Source of the DNA: an uncultured Chthonomonadaceae bacterium
Lineage (GTDB): Bacteria > Armatimonadota > Chthonomonadetes > Chthonomonadales > Chthonomonadaceae
Length of the DNA: 64,000 bases
Assembly (NCBI GenBank): GCA_963835065.1
Contig: CAWIEK010000054.1
Location: 32,001-96,000, forward strand
Direction: 5' to 3'
Shown here: one piece after another, positions 1 through 9,914 of the stretch
How positions within the stretch are numbered: position 1 is the first letter of the stretch
How the letters are laid out: the number at the start of each line of letters is the position of its first letter
The notes under the pieces: generated by a model
What the model was told of the DNA's origin: nothing
The model's database searches: none
Seen by the model: only the letters and a program-made list of their open reading frames with translations
Made by a program: the position numbers and the translations under genes

Positions 1-707
1 TCCTGCCTGCCGCACAAAAACCGCGCGGCCTGATTATCTGCTGTCATGGCGTGGATAGCGACCGAAGTGACCTGCTGGAAACCGCCGTGATTTTGCATAA
101 GGCGGGTTACGCCGCGCTGCTGTTCGATTTTCGGGCGCGGGGCGAAAGCGGGGGCAGGCTTTGTACATTGGGCTATCGCGAAGTGGACGATTTATTGGCC
201 GCGATTCGCTATGCGCAGGCGCGTCCCGATTTACGGCAGGTTCCCATCGGGTTGCTTGGCGAGTTTATGGGCGCGGCGGTGGCCTTGATGGGCGCGGCGC
301 GCTGCCCGGATGTGAAGGCCGTGATTGCGGAAAGCCCGTTTGCCCGTCTTGACCATGCGGTAAGCAACCATTTTCGGAGCGTGTTCGGGTTTGCCGCGCC
401 CATCTTTGCCTTTCCCACGCGGATACTAGGCCAGATGTTGATTGGCAAAAGCTGCGCCGACATTGCGCCCGTTGAAGAAATCAGCCGTATCTCGCCACGT
501 CCTTTGCTTCTCATTGAGGACGGTTCCGACAAACTTTGCCCGCCCGAAGAAACGCAGGCGTTGCTTACCGCTTCCGGTTCACCCAAACAGTTATGGCATG
601 TTCCCAATGCCGGCCACATCAGTTCGCAAAACGTTGCCCCCGGCGAATACGCCCGCCGCATCACTGGATTCTTCAACACCTCCCTGCCTCGTCAAGGCGT
701 TCATTGA
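1..707 (+). CDS. alpha/beta hydrolase (5'-truncated by the window edge)
   Basis: CHG, FDFRARGESGG, GxxMGAA elbow, ESPF and C-terminal His motifs; the nucleophile position reads Phe (GEFMG). Confidence 0.8.
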   Translation, partial: LPAAQKPRGLIICCHGVDSDRSDLLETAVILHKAGYAALLFDFRARGESGGRLCTLGYREVDDLLAAIRYAQARPDLRQVPIGLLGEFMGAAVALMGAARCPDVKAVIAESPFARLDHAVSNHFRSVFGFAAPIFAFPTRILGQMLIGKSCADIAPVEEISRISPRPLLLIEDGSDKLCPPEETQALLTASGSPKQLWHVPNAGHISSQNVAPGEYARRITGFFNTSLPRQGVH

Positions 708-1033
708 TTCCAATAAGGAAGTTCAACAAGTAAGTATAACCGGCAAGCATTACAGTAGACAATCCTATCATTCTCCCGACAATAATTATGCGCTTACTGA
801 TGTGTTCCAGAAGCGCGACGACGGGCTATTCTGTTTCAGCCGGAGGGGTTTTGCGCAACGTCACAAACCGGGATTTCCCCGCGTTTAGGGCGTTGCCGGG
901 CCAGACTAGCACGGTCGTATTTCTATGACAAGAAGCCGTCAGGCTTTTTATACTGGTTTGTCACCGGTGTCAGACGCAGGCAATCGCCTTAATCCGATAT
1001 TCGGGGGCAAGAGTCATACGGGAGAACAAAACA

Positions 1034-1288
1034 ATGGTAATTACCGGTGTACCCAACACGCAAAGATCGGATTTCCGCCATGTCGGCTCACGGGCAGGCA
1101 ATGCGGGAACTTCGGGCGACACAACGCAGGAGATCAGCGCGGCAACTATCCGCGCCGCGCATAAAGGAACGCTCGTAGGGTTTGCGCAAGCGCAGTGGGT
1201 CGAGTTTCAGCGCGGAGCCAATCCCGACCCGCGCCACAATGCTCCTGCGCCTTCAGTCAACGGCTCTGCGGTGAACCTGAGCGTTTGA
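1034..1288 (+). CDS. small hypothetical protein
   Basis: 84-aa ORF with a GGAG RBS upstream of the ATG; no recognised domain. Confidence 0.4.
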   Translation: MVITGVPNTQRSDFRHVGSRAGNAGTSGDTTQEISAATIRAAHKGTLVGFAQAQWVEFQRGANPDPRHNAPAPSVNGSAVNLSV

Positions 1289-1311
1289 AACAGGCTTGAG
1301 ATATTAGATAT

Positions 1312-2269
1312 TAAGTAAATCGTGGGTCAAAGTTCGTAGAAAGAGGTGGAGGATTTGTGCCACCTATGTACCGCGTCACTTTGACTGCTGAACAACGTAT
1401 CGAACTCGACCGCCGCGCCCACCAAGCCGCTGTTGCGCCGTGTACGCGCGACCGCCTGGAGAGGCTGCGCCTGTCGGATGCGGGCGGGAGCCTCCCCAAG
1501 ATTGCCCGCCATCTGCGCCAGCATGAACAAACGGTGCGCTTTTGGATCAAAGCCTACCGCGACGGCGGCTTTGACGCCCTGCGCAACAAACCGCGCGGCG
1601 GCAAAACGTCGGTGTTGACGCCGGAGGTGCGCGATGCCCTGGTTGCCGAAGTCAGCAAAGGGGAGCGCACCTGGACAGCGCGGCAACTCGCCGACTGGCT
1701 GGCGGAACACCATCAGGTGCATCTGAGCGCCGATTGGCTACGGGTTCATCTCAAACGCGCGGATTTGCGCTACAAGCGTACCAGCCGCAGTCTCAAACAT
1801 AAGCAAAAGGCCGAGGAGGTGGCTCACAAGCAAGCCGCCAGCGAGACCTTGAAAAAGGGGCGATGCCGGGTTGATCAACGTGGTAGATGCCGATGAAGCC
1901 GGGTTTGCGCCCACCTTGCCCGTGTGTTATAAGTAACCCGTTGGTGTAAGTTCGTAGGTTTCGAGATTGAGTTTCTACGAAGTTTGGCCTTCGGTCTACT
2001 TACTCGGTTCATAAGAGCCAGACCGTCCAAGACGCCTTGCCGCAACGCGAAGCCGCGGATGTGTGGCTCGTGTCGCTGCCGTCCTACTCGCCGCAACTCT
2101 CTGAGATCGAGCCGATCTGCAACGCGGTCAAGCATCATCAGATGCCCACGCGCAGTTATAAGGAAATAGCCGACCGCAAAGCCGCCGTAGACAAGTCACT
2201 GCAAGAAAAGGCCGAGCATCTGCGCCAAGCGCAAGAGAAAACTACGAACTTACAACAACGGCCTACTTA
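1312..2269 (+). mobile_element. IS630-family element, internally deleted
   Basis: Inverted ends TAAGTAAATCGTGGGTCAAAGTTCGTAG and CTACGAACTTACAACAACGGCCTACTTA. HTH ORF 1357-1896, AAAAAGGGG slip site near 1852, DEAGF and LPSYSPQLSEIE DDE motifs. Confidence 0.88.
1930..2002. mobile_element. 73-bp MITE with IS630-type ends nested in the IS630
   Basis: TAAGTAACCCGTTGGTGTAAGTTCGTAG...CTACGAAGTTTGGCCTTCGGTCTACTTA resembles the host IS ends; bounded by TA. Confidence 0.75.
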
Positions 2270-2276
2270 ATTAGTC

Positions 2277-2465
2277 TTCACCACAGAGACACAGAGACAC
2301 AGAGGTTTCACAGAGAAGACAAGGAGAAGGGGAGACAAGGAGAAGAGGAGAAGAGGAGAGGGAAGTCGGCGTAGCTACGCTTCTTGCGCGTTTCCTGATC
2401 TCTCTTCTGATTTCTCCTCTTCCCCCCTCTGTGAAACCTCTGTGTCTCTGTGTCTCTGTGGTGAA
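2277..2465. repeat. palindromic cassette with 9-mer (CACAGAGAC) arms and an inner 8-mer (GGAGAAGA) array
   Basis: TTCACCACAGAGACACAGAGACACAGAGGTTTCACAGAG is inverted at 2427-2465; near-identical arms occur at 62244-62473. Confidence 0.9.
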
Positions 2466-3043
2466 AGTATGACCCGGCAGACAAGCGCTGTCAGGCTGAA
2501 GCCGAGCGTCCAGCCGGCGAGGACATCGGAAGGGTAGTGGACGCCGACATAGACCCGTGAATAGCCGATAATCAGGGGCAGCAGGAGCGCAAGCCACGCC
2601 CATCGCGTCCGTCTGCGAAACGCCCAGATTAGAATGGTGGCGGCGCAGGCAGTCACAGCGGAGTGCGAAGACGGAAAAGATGATGTGCCAAGCGGAGCCC
2701 AATGCTCAGGCAACCGAGCGCCCGGCACAACCGACTCTTTTTCGCCGTTCACAATCAGAACAGCGCTGGGGCGTGGGCGGTGAAACAGGGGCTTGATAAC
2801 GTTGCTGCTGACGGTATTGATAAGGGGAAGCATCACGACAAGCAGCGCGAGAACAGTTCGCCCGCGCTTGCCATCGCGCGCCCACAGCAGCCACAACAGG
2901 GGCAGCATAATAACCCAAAACCACACATAATGGTGCGCGTTGGTAACATTGGGCAGAACCGCGTCGAACAAGCCGTTGTGCAGCCGCTCATTAAACAGGA
3001 CGAATATCTGACGGTCTAAACTCACGGCAGTCTGGTTCTCCAA
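2375..3043 (-). CDS. PAP2-family phosphatase (undecaprenyl-PP phosphatase-like)
   Basis: KPLFHRPRP, SFPSSH and SRVYVGVHYPSDV motifs; the C-terminal tail is encoded by the repeat cassette. Confidence 0.92.
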   Translation of the reverse strand: MENQTAVSLDRQIFVLFNERLHNGLFDAVLPNVTNAHHYVWFWVIMLPLLWLLWARDGKRGRTVLALLVVMLPLINTVSSNVIKPLFHRPRPSAVLIVNGEKESVVPGARLPEHWAPLGTSSFPSSHSAVTACAATILIWAFRRRTRWAWLALLLPLIIGYSRVYVGVHYPSDVLAGWTLGFSLTALVCRVILSPQRHRDTEVSQRGEEEKSEERSGNAQEA

Positions 3044-3208
3044 AATTCACAGGCAGGAACATTCACAGGATTGTTTCTGTCTGCTTCGTTATGCGAAAGA
3101 CAGCCGGGGCTTTCACTTTGTTTCGGAAGTTTACACCGATACAAGAGATAAGGTGTAAGGGAGAAGGGATAAGCAATGCTCACTACCGAACACCAAACGC
3201 CAATGTAG

Positions 3209-4738
3209 TTATGTTAGCGTTGCCAGAAAAGCGTCGAAGGCGGTCAGAGCGCGTTCGCCTTTTAGCCGCGCCTTTTCCCGCTTGTCGCGTATGACGGGGC
3301 CGGGAAGTTCCGGCACGATGCCCCAATTGCTGTTCATAGGCGAAAAGTGCTTCGGGTCGGTTTCGACCAGGTAATAGCACAGGGAGCCCAGCACGGACTC
3401 GCGGGGCGGGATAGCGGGCGATAGTCCAACGCATTGCCGATGCGCGTTCAAACCGGCGAGGATGCCGATGGCGGCGGACTCAAGATAGCCTTCCACGCCC
3501 GTCATTTGCCCGGCCAGGAAAATCCCCGGATGCTGGCGCAACTGGCACGTCAGGTCGAGCAGGCGCGGCGCATTGACATACGTGTTGCGGTGCATCACGC
3601 CGAAACGGACAAATTCGGCGTGTTCCAAACCGGGAATCATCTGCAAAATGCGCTTCTGTTCGCCCCATTTCAAGCGCGTTTGAAAGCCCACCAATCCCCA
3701 CAACGTGCCTTCTTTATTTTCCTGACGTAATTGTACGACGGCATACGGGCGGCGGCCTGTGCGCGGATCGGACAGGCCGATAGGTTTCATTGGCCCAAAG
3801 GCAAGGGTGCGCGGCCCGCGCCGCGCCAGTTCCTCAATCGGGACGCACATCTCGAAGAACACCATTTTGGCCGCGTTTGTATCCGCATCCCCGGCTTCAA
3901 AGTCGTGAACGGGCGCTTTTTCCGCCCCGTTCAGGGCTTCCCAAAACGCCAGATATTCATCCTTTTCAAACGGGCAATTCAGATAATCCGCGCTAGCTTC
4001 GGGAGCGCCGCCACAGCCGATGCCTTCGGCGGGTTGAGGGTTTTCAGTTGATAGTTGATAGTTGATAGTTGATAGGGCATCCTCTTCTGTTCCCTGTGCC
4101 CTGTGCCCTGTGCCCTGTTCTTCTGTCTTCTCTTCTTCTTTTCTTCTTTTCTTCTCTTCTTCTCCCTGCTCCCTTAATCCTGACCCCTTGCCCCGGCGTG
4201 AGGCGCGAAACACTTTGCTCAAGTCCAGGCTGTCGTAGGTGACGGTGGGGGCGACGGCGTCGTAGAAGGCGAGCGAGTCGCCTCCGGTCAGGCGGGCGAT
4301 TTCAGCGGCAAGGGCGTCGGATGTGAGCGGGCCGGTGGCTAAAATCAGGGGGCGCGTGGCCGGGAGGGACGTGACTTCCTCGCGTATCAGGGTAATGTTG
4401 GGATGGGCTTCGAGGGCGCAGGTCACTTCGCGGGCGAACGGTTCGCGGTCTACGGCCAGGGCTTCCCCGGCGGGAACGCGGTGACGCTCGGCGATGGGTA
4501 AAATCAGGGAGCCAAGCCGCCGCATCTCTTCTTTGAGGACGCCGCTCGCATTGGTCAGCAGGTTGGACTTGAAGGAGTTGGAGCAGACCAGTTCGGCCAA
4601 ATCGCCCGTCTGATGCACCGGCGTTTTCTTTAGCGGGCGCATTTCGTACAGCGTTACTTTGCTGCCTTCCTGCGCCGCCGCCCACGCCGCTTCCACGCCC
4701 GCAAACCCGCCGCCCACAACCGTAATGTGTTCTTCCAT
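3209..4738 (-). CDS. trmFO: FAD-dependent tRNA m5U54 methyltransferase TrmFO with a ~60-aa repeat-derived insertion
   Basis: GGGFAGVEAA, LAELVCSNS, YLNCP, GFQTRLKWGEQ and GVMHRNTY motifs. Confidence 0.97.
   Translation of the reverse strand: MEEHITVVGGGFAGVEAAWAAAQEGSKVTLYEMRPLKKTPVHQTGDLAELVCSNSFKSNLLTNASGVLKEEMRRLGSLILPIAERHRVPAGEALAVDREPFAREVTCALEAHPNITLIREEVTSLPATRPLILATGPLTSDALAAEIARLTGGDSLAFYDAVAPTVTYDSLDLSKVFRASRRGKGSGLREQGEEEKKRRKEEEKTEEQGTGHRAQGTEEDALSTINYQLSTENPQPAEGIGCGGAPEASADYLNCPFEKDEYLAFWEALNGAEKAPVHDFEAGDADTNAAKMVFFEMCVPIEELARRGPRTLAFGPMKPIGLSDPRTGRRPYAVVQLRQENKEGTLWGLVGFQTRLKWGEQKRILQMIPGLEHAEFVRFGVMHRNTYVNAPRLLDLTCQLRQHPGIFLAGQMTGVEGYLESAAIGILAGLNAHRQCVGLSPAIPPRESVLGSLCYYLVETDPKHFSPMNSNWGIVPELPGPVIRDKREKARLKGERALTAFDAFLATLT
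4032..4187. repeat. composite tandem-repeat cassette in frame within trmFO
   Basis: (GTTGATA)4, spacer, (CCCTGTG/T)~4, then TCTTCTTT 8-mers. Confidence 0.9.
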
Positions 4739-4790
4739 AATTTTGTTCTATTGCCCTTACTGCTTCCTAATATGTCGGCAGAATAGGTGT

Positions 4791-5069
4791 TTACGCGGCT
4801 TCCTGCGCCGCGTCAATGGCGTCAAAAGCGGGAATCAGCAGCACTTTCAGGTGCGCTTCATCCGCCAGCATGATCTCTACATCTGCCAACGCTTCGTAGT
4901 AAGGAAACAGCTTGCGCGGTTCTTTGTCCAGAAGCACCGGAACTTTCCAGCCAAATTCATCCTGCTGTACTTCTTCCTCAATCACGGTGAACGTAATACC
5001 GTCCGGGTGACAATCTTTCAGGTACTGGCGAACGGTTTCAGCGACGGAATGTTCATTTTGCTCTGGCAT
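4791..5069 (-). CDS. hypothetical protein (~92 aa) whose 3' end is duplicated at 5761-5827
   Basis: ORF with a GGAGAG RBS, ending LIPAFDAIDAAQEAA. Confidence 0.7.
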   Translation of the reverse strand: MPEQNEHSVAETVRQYLKDCHPDGITFTVIEEEVQQDEFGWKVPVLLDKEPRKLFPYYEALADVEIMLADEAHLKVLLIPAFDAIDAAQEAA

Positions 5070-5134
5070 TGGTTCTCTCCAGATCACGTAAGAAGATAGT
5101 GGCGCGTCGTATACATTCCAAGCTTACTTCACGC

Positions 5135-5446
5135 TCACTTGTCCGGCTCTTCGCTTGTAGGAAATAAGTCTTCCACTCTACGCGCTCCATGCAGGACGCG
5201 CAACACGCGAATTCCATTTGGGATTTTGCGATAATAGATGACATAACTGCCAACCGGAAAACTGCGCAGGCCCACAGATAGTTCTTCACGACTGCGCCCG
5301 ATACCGGGAGCGTCCGCAATCGCCTTCATATTACTCCGTAAGCGCTTAATGTGCCGGCTTGCGGCGGTGGCGCTATCTTGGGCGATATATTCCCTGATGT
5401 TCGCCAAATCATCAATCGCTTGCTCTGCAAGCTCGTACTTGCTCAT
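5135..5446 (-). CDS. parE: ParE/RelE-family toxin
   Basis: A..DL..I.EYIAQDS..AA, PGIGRSREEL, GSYVIYY and RVLHGAR motifs. Confidence 0.92.
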   Translation of the reverse strand: MSKYELAEQAIDDLANIREYIAQDSATAASRHIKRLRSNMKAIADAPGIGRSREELSVGLRSFPVGSYVIYYRKIPNGIRVLRVLHGARRVEDLFPTSEEPDK

Positions 5447-5740
5447 TTAGAAACTCGCTTCTTGCGGCTGAGGGCGTTGGATTTTTCCTGCTTCAATGTC
5501 TGCGAACAAGGCATCCAGTTCTGCGTCATTGAAACTGCGGTATTCGCCGCGCGCAAATTGGTCATCGGCAACAGCGAGTTCGCAACGCAGTTCCTCTAGT
5601 GGTAACGGGTCGTCATGCTGCTCCGGCAGGGACAGCAGGTGCAGGGCCACATCCAGAACTTCGCTGGCATCGGCAAAATCACCTTCTGCCACTTTCCGGT
5701 TGATAATTGCTTCCTGATCGGGAGTGAGTGTAATGGTCAT
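5447..5740 (-). CDS. ParD-like (CC2985-type RHH) antitoxin
   Basis: MTITLTP..EA.I..KVAEG.F..ASEV...AL.LL motif, directly upstream of parE. Confidence 0.85.
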   Translation of the reverse strand: MTITLTPDQEAIINRKVAEGDFADASEVLDVALHLLSLPEQHDDPLPLEELRCELAVADDQFARGEYRSFNDAELDALFADIEAGKIQRPQPQEASF

Positions 5741-5837
5741 GGTATTCGTCCTCTCCTCTGTGTTGGCAGAATAGGTGTTTACTCCGCTTCCCGCGCCGCG
5801 TCAATAGCGTCAAAAGTGGGGAACAGCCTGCTTAACG

Positions 5838-7187
5838 CTACGCCACGTGAGCCTCGACGGGTAGGCGGACGAGGAAGGTGCTGCCCTGTCCCGGTTCGCT
5901 TTCGCAGGTGATTGTGCCGCCGTGCAGTTCCACGAGGCTTTTCACCAGATACAGGCCCAAACCTGTGCCGGGAATGTTCTTTATCGCATCCCGGTCTATG
6001 CGCTCGTACTGCCGGAACAAGCGCCCGCACTGCTCCTGCGACATGCCCACCCCCGCATCCTTCACGCTGATAACAATTTGCCCATCCCCTTCCCAACGCG
6101 CCGTCAGGCGGATTTCGCCGCCGTCCGGGGAGTATTTGATGGCGTTGCTGAGGAGGTTGGAGAATATCTGGTTCAGTTTGTCCTCGTCCGCCGTAATCGT
6201 GGAGGGAAGGTCGTCGGCCAGGTCGGTGACGATGCTATGCCGGGGCGTGAAAAACTTGTAGAACTTGTGCCGCCGCGCCAGCTTTTCCAGCAGGCCGGGC
6301 AGTTCTATTTCTTTCAGCGACAGGGACAGGGGCCGCCCCGCTTCCAGTCGGGACACGTCCAGCAGTTCGTTAATCATATCCAGCAGGCGGTCCGAATCGG
6401 CTTCTATCGCCTCAAAAAACTCCTGCTTGGTTTCCTCGTCCAGCGTGTGTTCTTCATCGGCGAGCATGGTCTGCACGTAGCCCCGAATCGTGGTCAGGGG
6501 ATTGCGCAGTTCGTGGGCGACAAACCCGATGAAATCCGACTTCAAGCGGCTCGCTTCTTCCAACGCCAGGCGCTGCGTTTCCTGACTGTGCAGTTCGTCC
6601 TGAAGCCGCAGGCGCTCCTCAAGGCTGCCGCGCAGGTTGTCGTACAAGCGGGCGTTTTGTATGGCGACAGCCGCTTGATTGGCGAAAGCCGACAGCATAT
6701 CCAGATGCCGCTCCGTAAACACGCCCGACTTCAAGCGGTTGTCAATGTAAATGATGCCCAACAAGCGCCCCTGCGCAATCAGGGGAACGCAGCAGACGGA
6801 GCGCAAATGGGTCAATTGGACGCTTTGCCGGTTGGCGAAGCGAGGATCCTCCATCGCGTTGACGGAAAGAATAGGCTGCCGCGTATCCAGCGCGCTTTCC
6901 ACGATGTAACGGCTAATTTCGGCTTCATTCGCGCCGCCGATATTGCCGAGCGTGGCTTCCAGCGCCCTTTTCTCGATGTGGCGCAGAGCCTCGCCCCACA
7001 CGCGGCCCGTTTCTATATCCACCAGCAGAATAAAGCCGCGCTCCGCGCCCACAAAGCTGATGACCTGCTCAATGGCGGTTTCCAGCACTTGTTTCAAGTC
7101 CAAACTGGAATTGAGCAGTTGTCCCAATTGCAGCAGGGTCGCAAGGTAATCGGTCGGTTCAATTTCGGCGGGCAAAGTGTCCGGCAT
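5838..7187 (-). CDS. GAF-domain sensor histidine kinase
   Basis: GAF domain, HELRNPLT H-box, NLLSNAIKYS, DAGVG and GTGLGL boxes. Confidence 0.95.
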   Translation of the reverse strand: MPDTLPAEIEPTDYLATLLQLGQLLNSSLDLKQVLETAIEQVISFVGAERGFILLVDIETGRVWGEALRHIEKRALEATLGNIGGANEAEISRYIVESALDTRQPILSVNAMEDPRFANRQSVQLTHLRSVCCVPLIAQGRLLGIIYIDNRLKSGVFTERHLDMLSAFANQAAVAIQNARLYDNLRGSLEERLRLQDELHSQETQRLALEEASRLKSDFIGFVAHELRNPLTTIRGYVQTMLADEEHTLDEETKQEFFEAIEADSDRLLDMINELLDVSRLEAGRPLSLSLKEIELPGLLEKLARRHKFYKFFTPRHSIVTDLADDLPSTITADEDKLNQIFSNLLSNAIKYSPDGGEIRLTARWEGDGQIVISVKDAGVGMSQEQCGRLFRQYERIDRDAIKNIPGTGLGLYLVKSLVELHGGTITCESEPGQGSTFLVRLPVEAHVA

Positions 7188-7215
7188 GACAGCGCAATCT
7201 CCTTAAAGTGAGGAA

Positions 7216-7339
7216 GATATTAGATATTAGGCATTAGATATTAGGCACAAGCCAATGCCTGAACACTCTAAATTTCATGGAAACGAATGATGCGATAGAC
7301 ATGCAGGCTATTTGCGTGTATTCGCGTGTATTTGCGGCT
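7216..7339. repeat. 7-mer (GATATTA/GGCATTA) and 10-mer (TATTCGCGTG) tandem arrays
   Basis: Direct tandem units visible in the intergenic sequence. Confidence 0.75.
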
Positions 7340-7363
7340 GAATGGGCTACATGTCTTTTACGT

Positions 7364-9784
7364 TTAATGGGTCGCGCCTACATCCCCGAATTCGGCGGGC
7401 GGCGGCGGATTCCTGCGTCCGCGTCGGGGTGGCTGTCCCGGCCCGCGTCGGCTGCCGTCGGGGTTGCGACCAAACACGATGGGATTGCTGCCGATGAGCC
7501 GGATCACCACATCATGCGGCTGCATCAATTGCCCGCCGATCAGGGCGCGGTTCGACGCCAATTGCTGCGCCACTTGATCGCTGAACAGATGTATATTCTG
7601 GCGAACAACCTGTTGTCTTTGTTCCCCGGTCAGGTCGGGCGCAATGGCAAGCGGCTGCGGCGGAGGCAGTTCAAACGTCGGAGGCAGGTTTTTGAGTTCC
7701 TTCTTGGACGCGACAATCAGCACGGCTCCCCGGCTGTTGGCAAGGGTTTTCGGCAGGAGCAAGGGAATGGAATAGGCGGTTTTGGGCGCGGCGGCAAAGT
7801 ATTCATACCCGGCGAACAGCCGCGTGGCGTTACGCTGCCGGGGTGGAAGCAGGTAAAAATAGGCGTAGCAGTCTACGTCGTTTTGCAGACTGATGTGAAT
7901 AGCGCTGGCGTCGTTCCTGTTGATACGCGCCACTTTCATGCCAATCACAAGCGGCGGCTTTGATTCTTCCGCGACACTGGGCAATGCGGGCAATTTAACA
8001 GGCTTGGCGCTGCTTTTCGCGCCGGTTCCGCTTTTTGCGGCGGCGGTGGTTTTCGCGTCATCCGTAGTTTTCACGCCACTCCCGGTCAGGCTATTCGCAG
8101 GACTATTTGCCTTTCCACTCGCGCTCGGCATGGATTTCAGCGCGCGGGCGGCTTCCAGTTCCCGCTGCAGCGTTTTAATAAGCGCCATTTCCTGCTGCTG
8201 CTGCTTGCGCCACGCTTCGCGCTCCGCATCAACGGCGTGTTCCTTAACCTTTGCCTGTTCCCCGGTTTTGGCAGTTGTGCCGGCTGTGGATTTTACGCTT
8301 TCGCTGGAACCTTGTTTTGGCGGCGCGGCAACGCTTTTGCCGGACGGCGTACTCATGACGTTTGCGGATGCGCTTGCCTTGCCTTGCGGCGTGGAACCTT
8401 CCGGCTTTGTCGCAGACGGTGTGGAAGCGCTGGCAATAGAGTTGCCGACAGCCGTATCACGCTGCTTGACAGGAACCGGGGAAGATACAGACGGCTTCGT
8501 CACGGCAACGGCAGAAGGCCGCCAGTGTCCCATTGCCAGCGCCGACACTGCGCCCAACGCGCCAATTCCTGCCACTGCCGCGCCGCGCCGCTTCCAGACT
8601 AAGGCAGGGTTTGCAGACGTTGGCTTGTCGGACTGCGCTTGCGAATCTTTTACAAGGACTGTTGGCTGCGCCGCCTGCGCCGCAGTCGCCGCGCTGAAAT
8701 CGGCAGTATTCATCCCCGTTACAGCAGTCTGTTGAACGAGGGATGGGGATATTTCGGCGGTCTGTGACGCTTCCGCTGTTTGCCGGGCCGTCAGCAGGGC
8801 GGCAAGGTCGGCAGTGGGCGCGATAACGGGAGCGAATGGCACGACTTGCGTAAGAGCCGACGCAGCGATTCCGCCAACCCCTTCCCCACCCGCAAGCAGG
8901 CGATCTATCCTAACGGCAAGCGTATCGCCCTGCGACGGCGTTTGTTCCAGCGCGTTTCGAACCTCTTCCGCGCTTTGGGGTCGCTCCCCCGTCTCCTTTG
9001 CCATCATGCGCGTCAGCAGTCCATCCAGCGCGTTCAAGGCTTCCTGCGTCGCGGCGTCAGCGGGAACGGACAGGCGATCCCGCAGGGAGGGCGGCGGCTC
9101 CGTCAGATGTTTCAGCAGTACCGTACCCGGATTGTCGCCCGTAAACGGCTGCGCGCCCGTGACGAACTCGAAGAACACGACGCCGAGCGCGTACACATCC
9201 GCCCGGGCGTCCAGTTTGTCGCCGCGCAATTGTTCGGGAGCCATGTACGCAAGGGTTCCCGCCACCGTACTCGACTGGTTCTTCGACATATCGCCCAGCA
9301 GCCGCGCAAGCCCGAAGTCCATCAGTTTTAAGGTACCGTCGTCGCAGATGAAAATGTTTTCGGGTTTGATGTCGCGGTGCAGTACGCCCCGCTTGTGCGC
9401 GGCTTCCAGAGCGCGGCAGAGCGGCAGGGCGATCTGAGAAAACCGGGGGCAATGGGGAGTGCGCGGGCAGGTTCCGTCCTGCAAAAATTGCCGCAGGGAA
9501 TGTCCCGACAGCAGTTCCATGACCAGAAACACGGTATTGGCGTCCGCGTCCTCGGCCATATCGAAAATCGTGACAATATTGGGGTGCATCAGGCCGGCCA
9601 ACGCCTGCGCTTCCCGCAAAAACCGGACGCGCGCCGACTCCATCTGCATCAGGTGCGGCGCGATCATTTTCAGCGCCACATCCCGGCGCAGGCGGGTATC
9701 ATGGGCGCGATACACGATGCCCATACCGCCGACGCCGATTTGCGCTTCAATTTCATACCGGCCTGCGACGGTTGTTCCAAGCAT
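7364..9784 (-). CDS. Hanks-type Ser/Thr protein kinase with a TM segment and low-complexity C-terminal region
   Basis: GVGGMGIVY, VALK, HRDIKPEN, DFGLA and YMAPE motifs. Confidence 0.95.
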   Translation of the reverse strand: MLGTTVAGRYEIEAQIGVGGMGIVYRAHDTRLRRDVALKMIAPHLMQMESARVRFLREAQALAGLMHPNIVTIFDMAEDADANTVFLVMELLSGHSLRQFLQDGTCPRTPHCPRFSQIALPLCRALEAAHKRGVLHRDIKPENIFICDDGTLKLMDFGLARLLGDMSKNQSSTVAGTLAYMAPEQLRGDKLDARADVYALGVVFFEFVTGAQPFTGDNPGTVLLKHLTEPPPSLRDRLSVPADAATQEALNALDGLLTRMMAKETGERPQSAEEVRNALEQTPSQGDTLAVRIDRLLAGGEGVGGIAASALTQVVPFAPVIAPTADLAALLTARQTAEASQTAEISPSLVQQTAVTGMNTADFSAATAAQAAQPTVLVKDSQAQSDKPTSANPALVWKRRGAAVAGIGALGAVSALAMGHWRPSAVAVTKPSVSSPVPVKQRDTAVGNSIASASTPSATKPEGSTPQGKASASANVMSTPSGKSVAAPPKQGSSESVKSTAGTTAKTGEQAKVKEHAVDAEREAWRKQQQQEMALIKTLQRELEAARALKSMPSASGKANSPANSLTGSGVKTTDDAKTTAAAKSGTGAKSSAKPVKLPALPSVAEESKPPLVIGMKVARINRNDASAIHISLQNDVDCYAYFYLLPPRQRNATRLFAGYEYFAAAPKTAYSIPLLLPKTLANSRGAVLIVASKKELKNLPPTFELPPPQPLAIAPDLTGEQRQQVVRQNIHLFSDQVAQQLASNRALIGGQLMQPHDVVIRLIGSNPIVFGRNPDGSRRGPGQPPRRGRRNPPPPAEFGDVGATH

Positions 9785-9797
9785 AGAAAGACCTCGA

Positions 9798-9914
9798 AGT
9801 AGTCAGTAGTCAGTAGTCAGTAGTCAGTAGAAATGTTTGTGCATACCAACTTTACGCACTATGCCAGGCTGCCAGTCAAGGATGATTTCTACTGACTACT
9901 GACTACTGACTACT
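9798..9914. repeat. inverted pair of (AGTAGTC)n heptamer arrays
   Basis: (AGTAGTC)~4.7 at 9798-9830 and the reverse complement at 9889-9914, which supplies the hemB stop codon. Confidence 0.92.

Noticed and set aside
9798..9914. Heptamer arrays as CRISPR arrays
   Set aside because: The units are contiguous 7-mers without unique spacers, and there are no cas genes.
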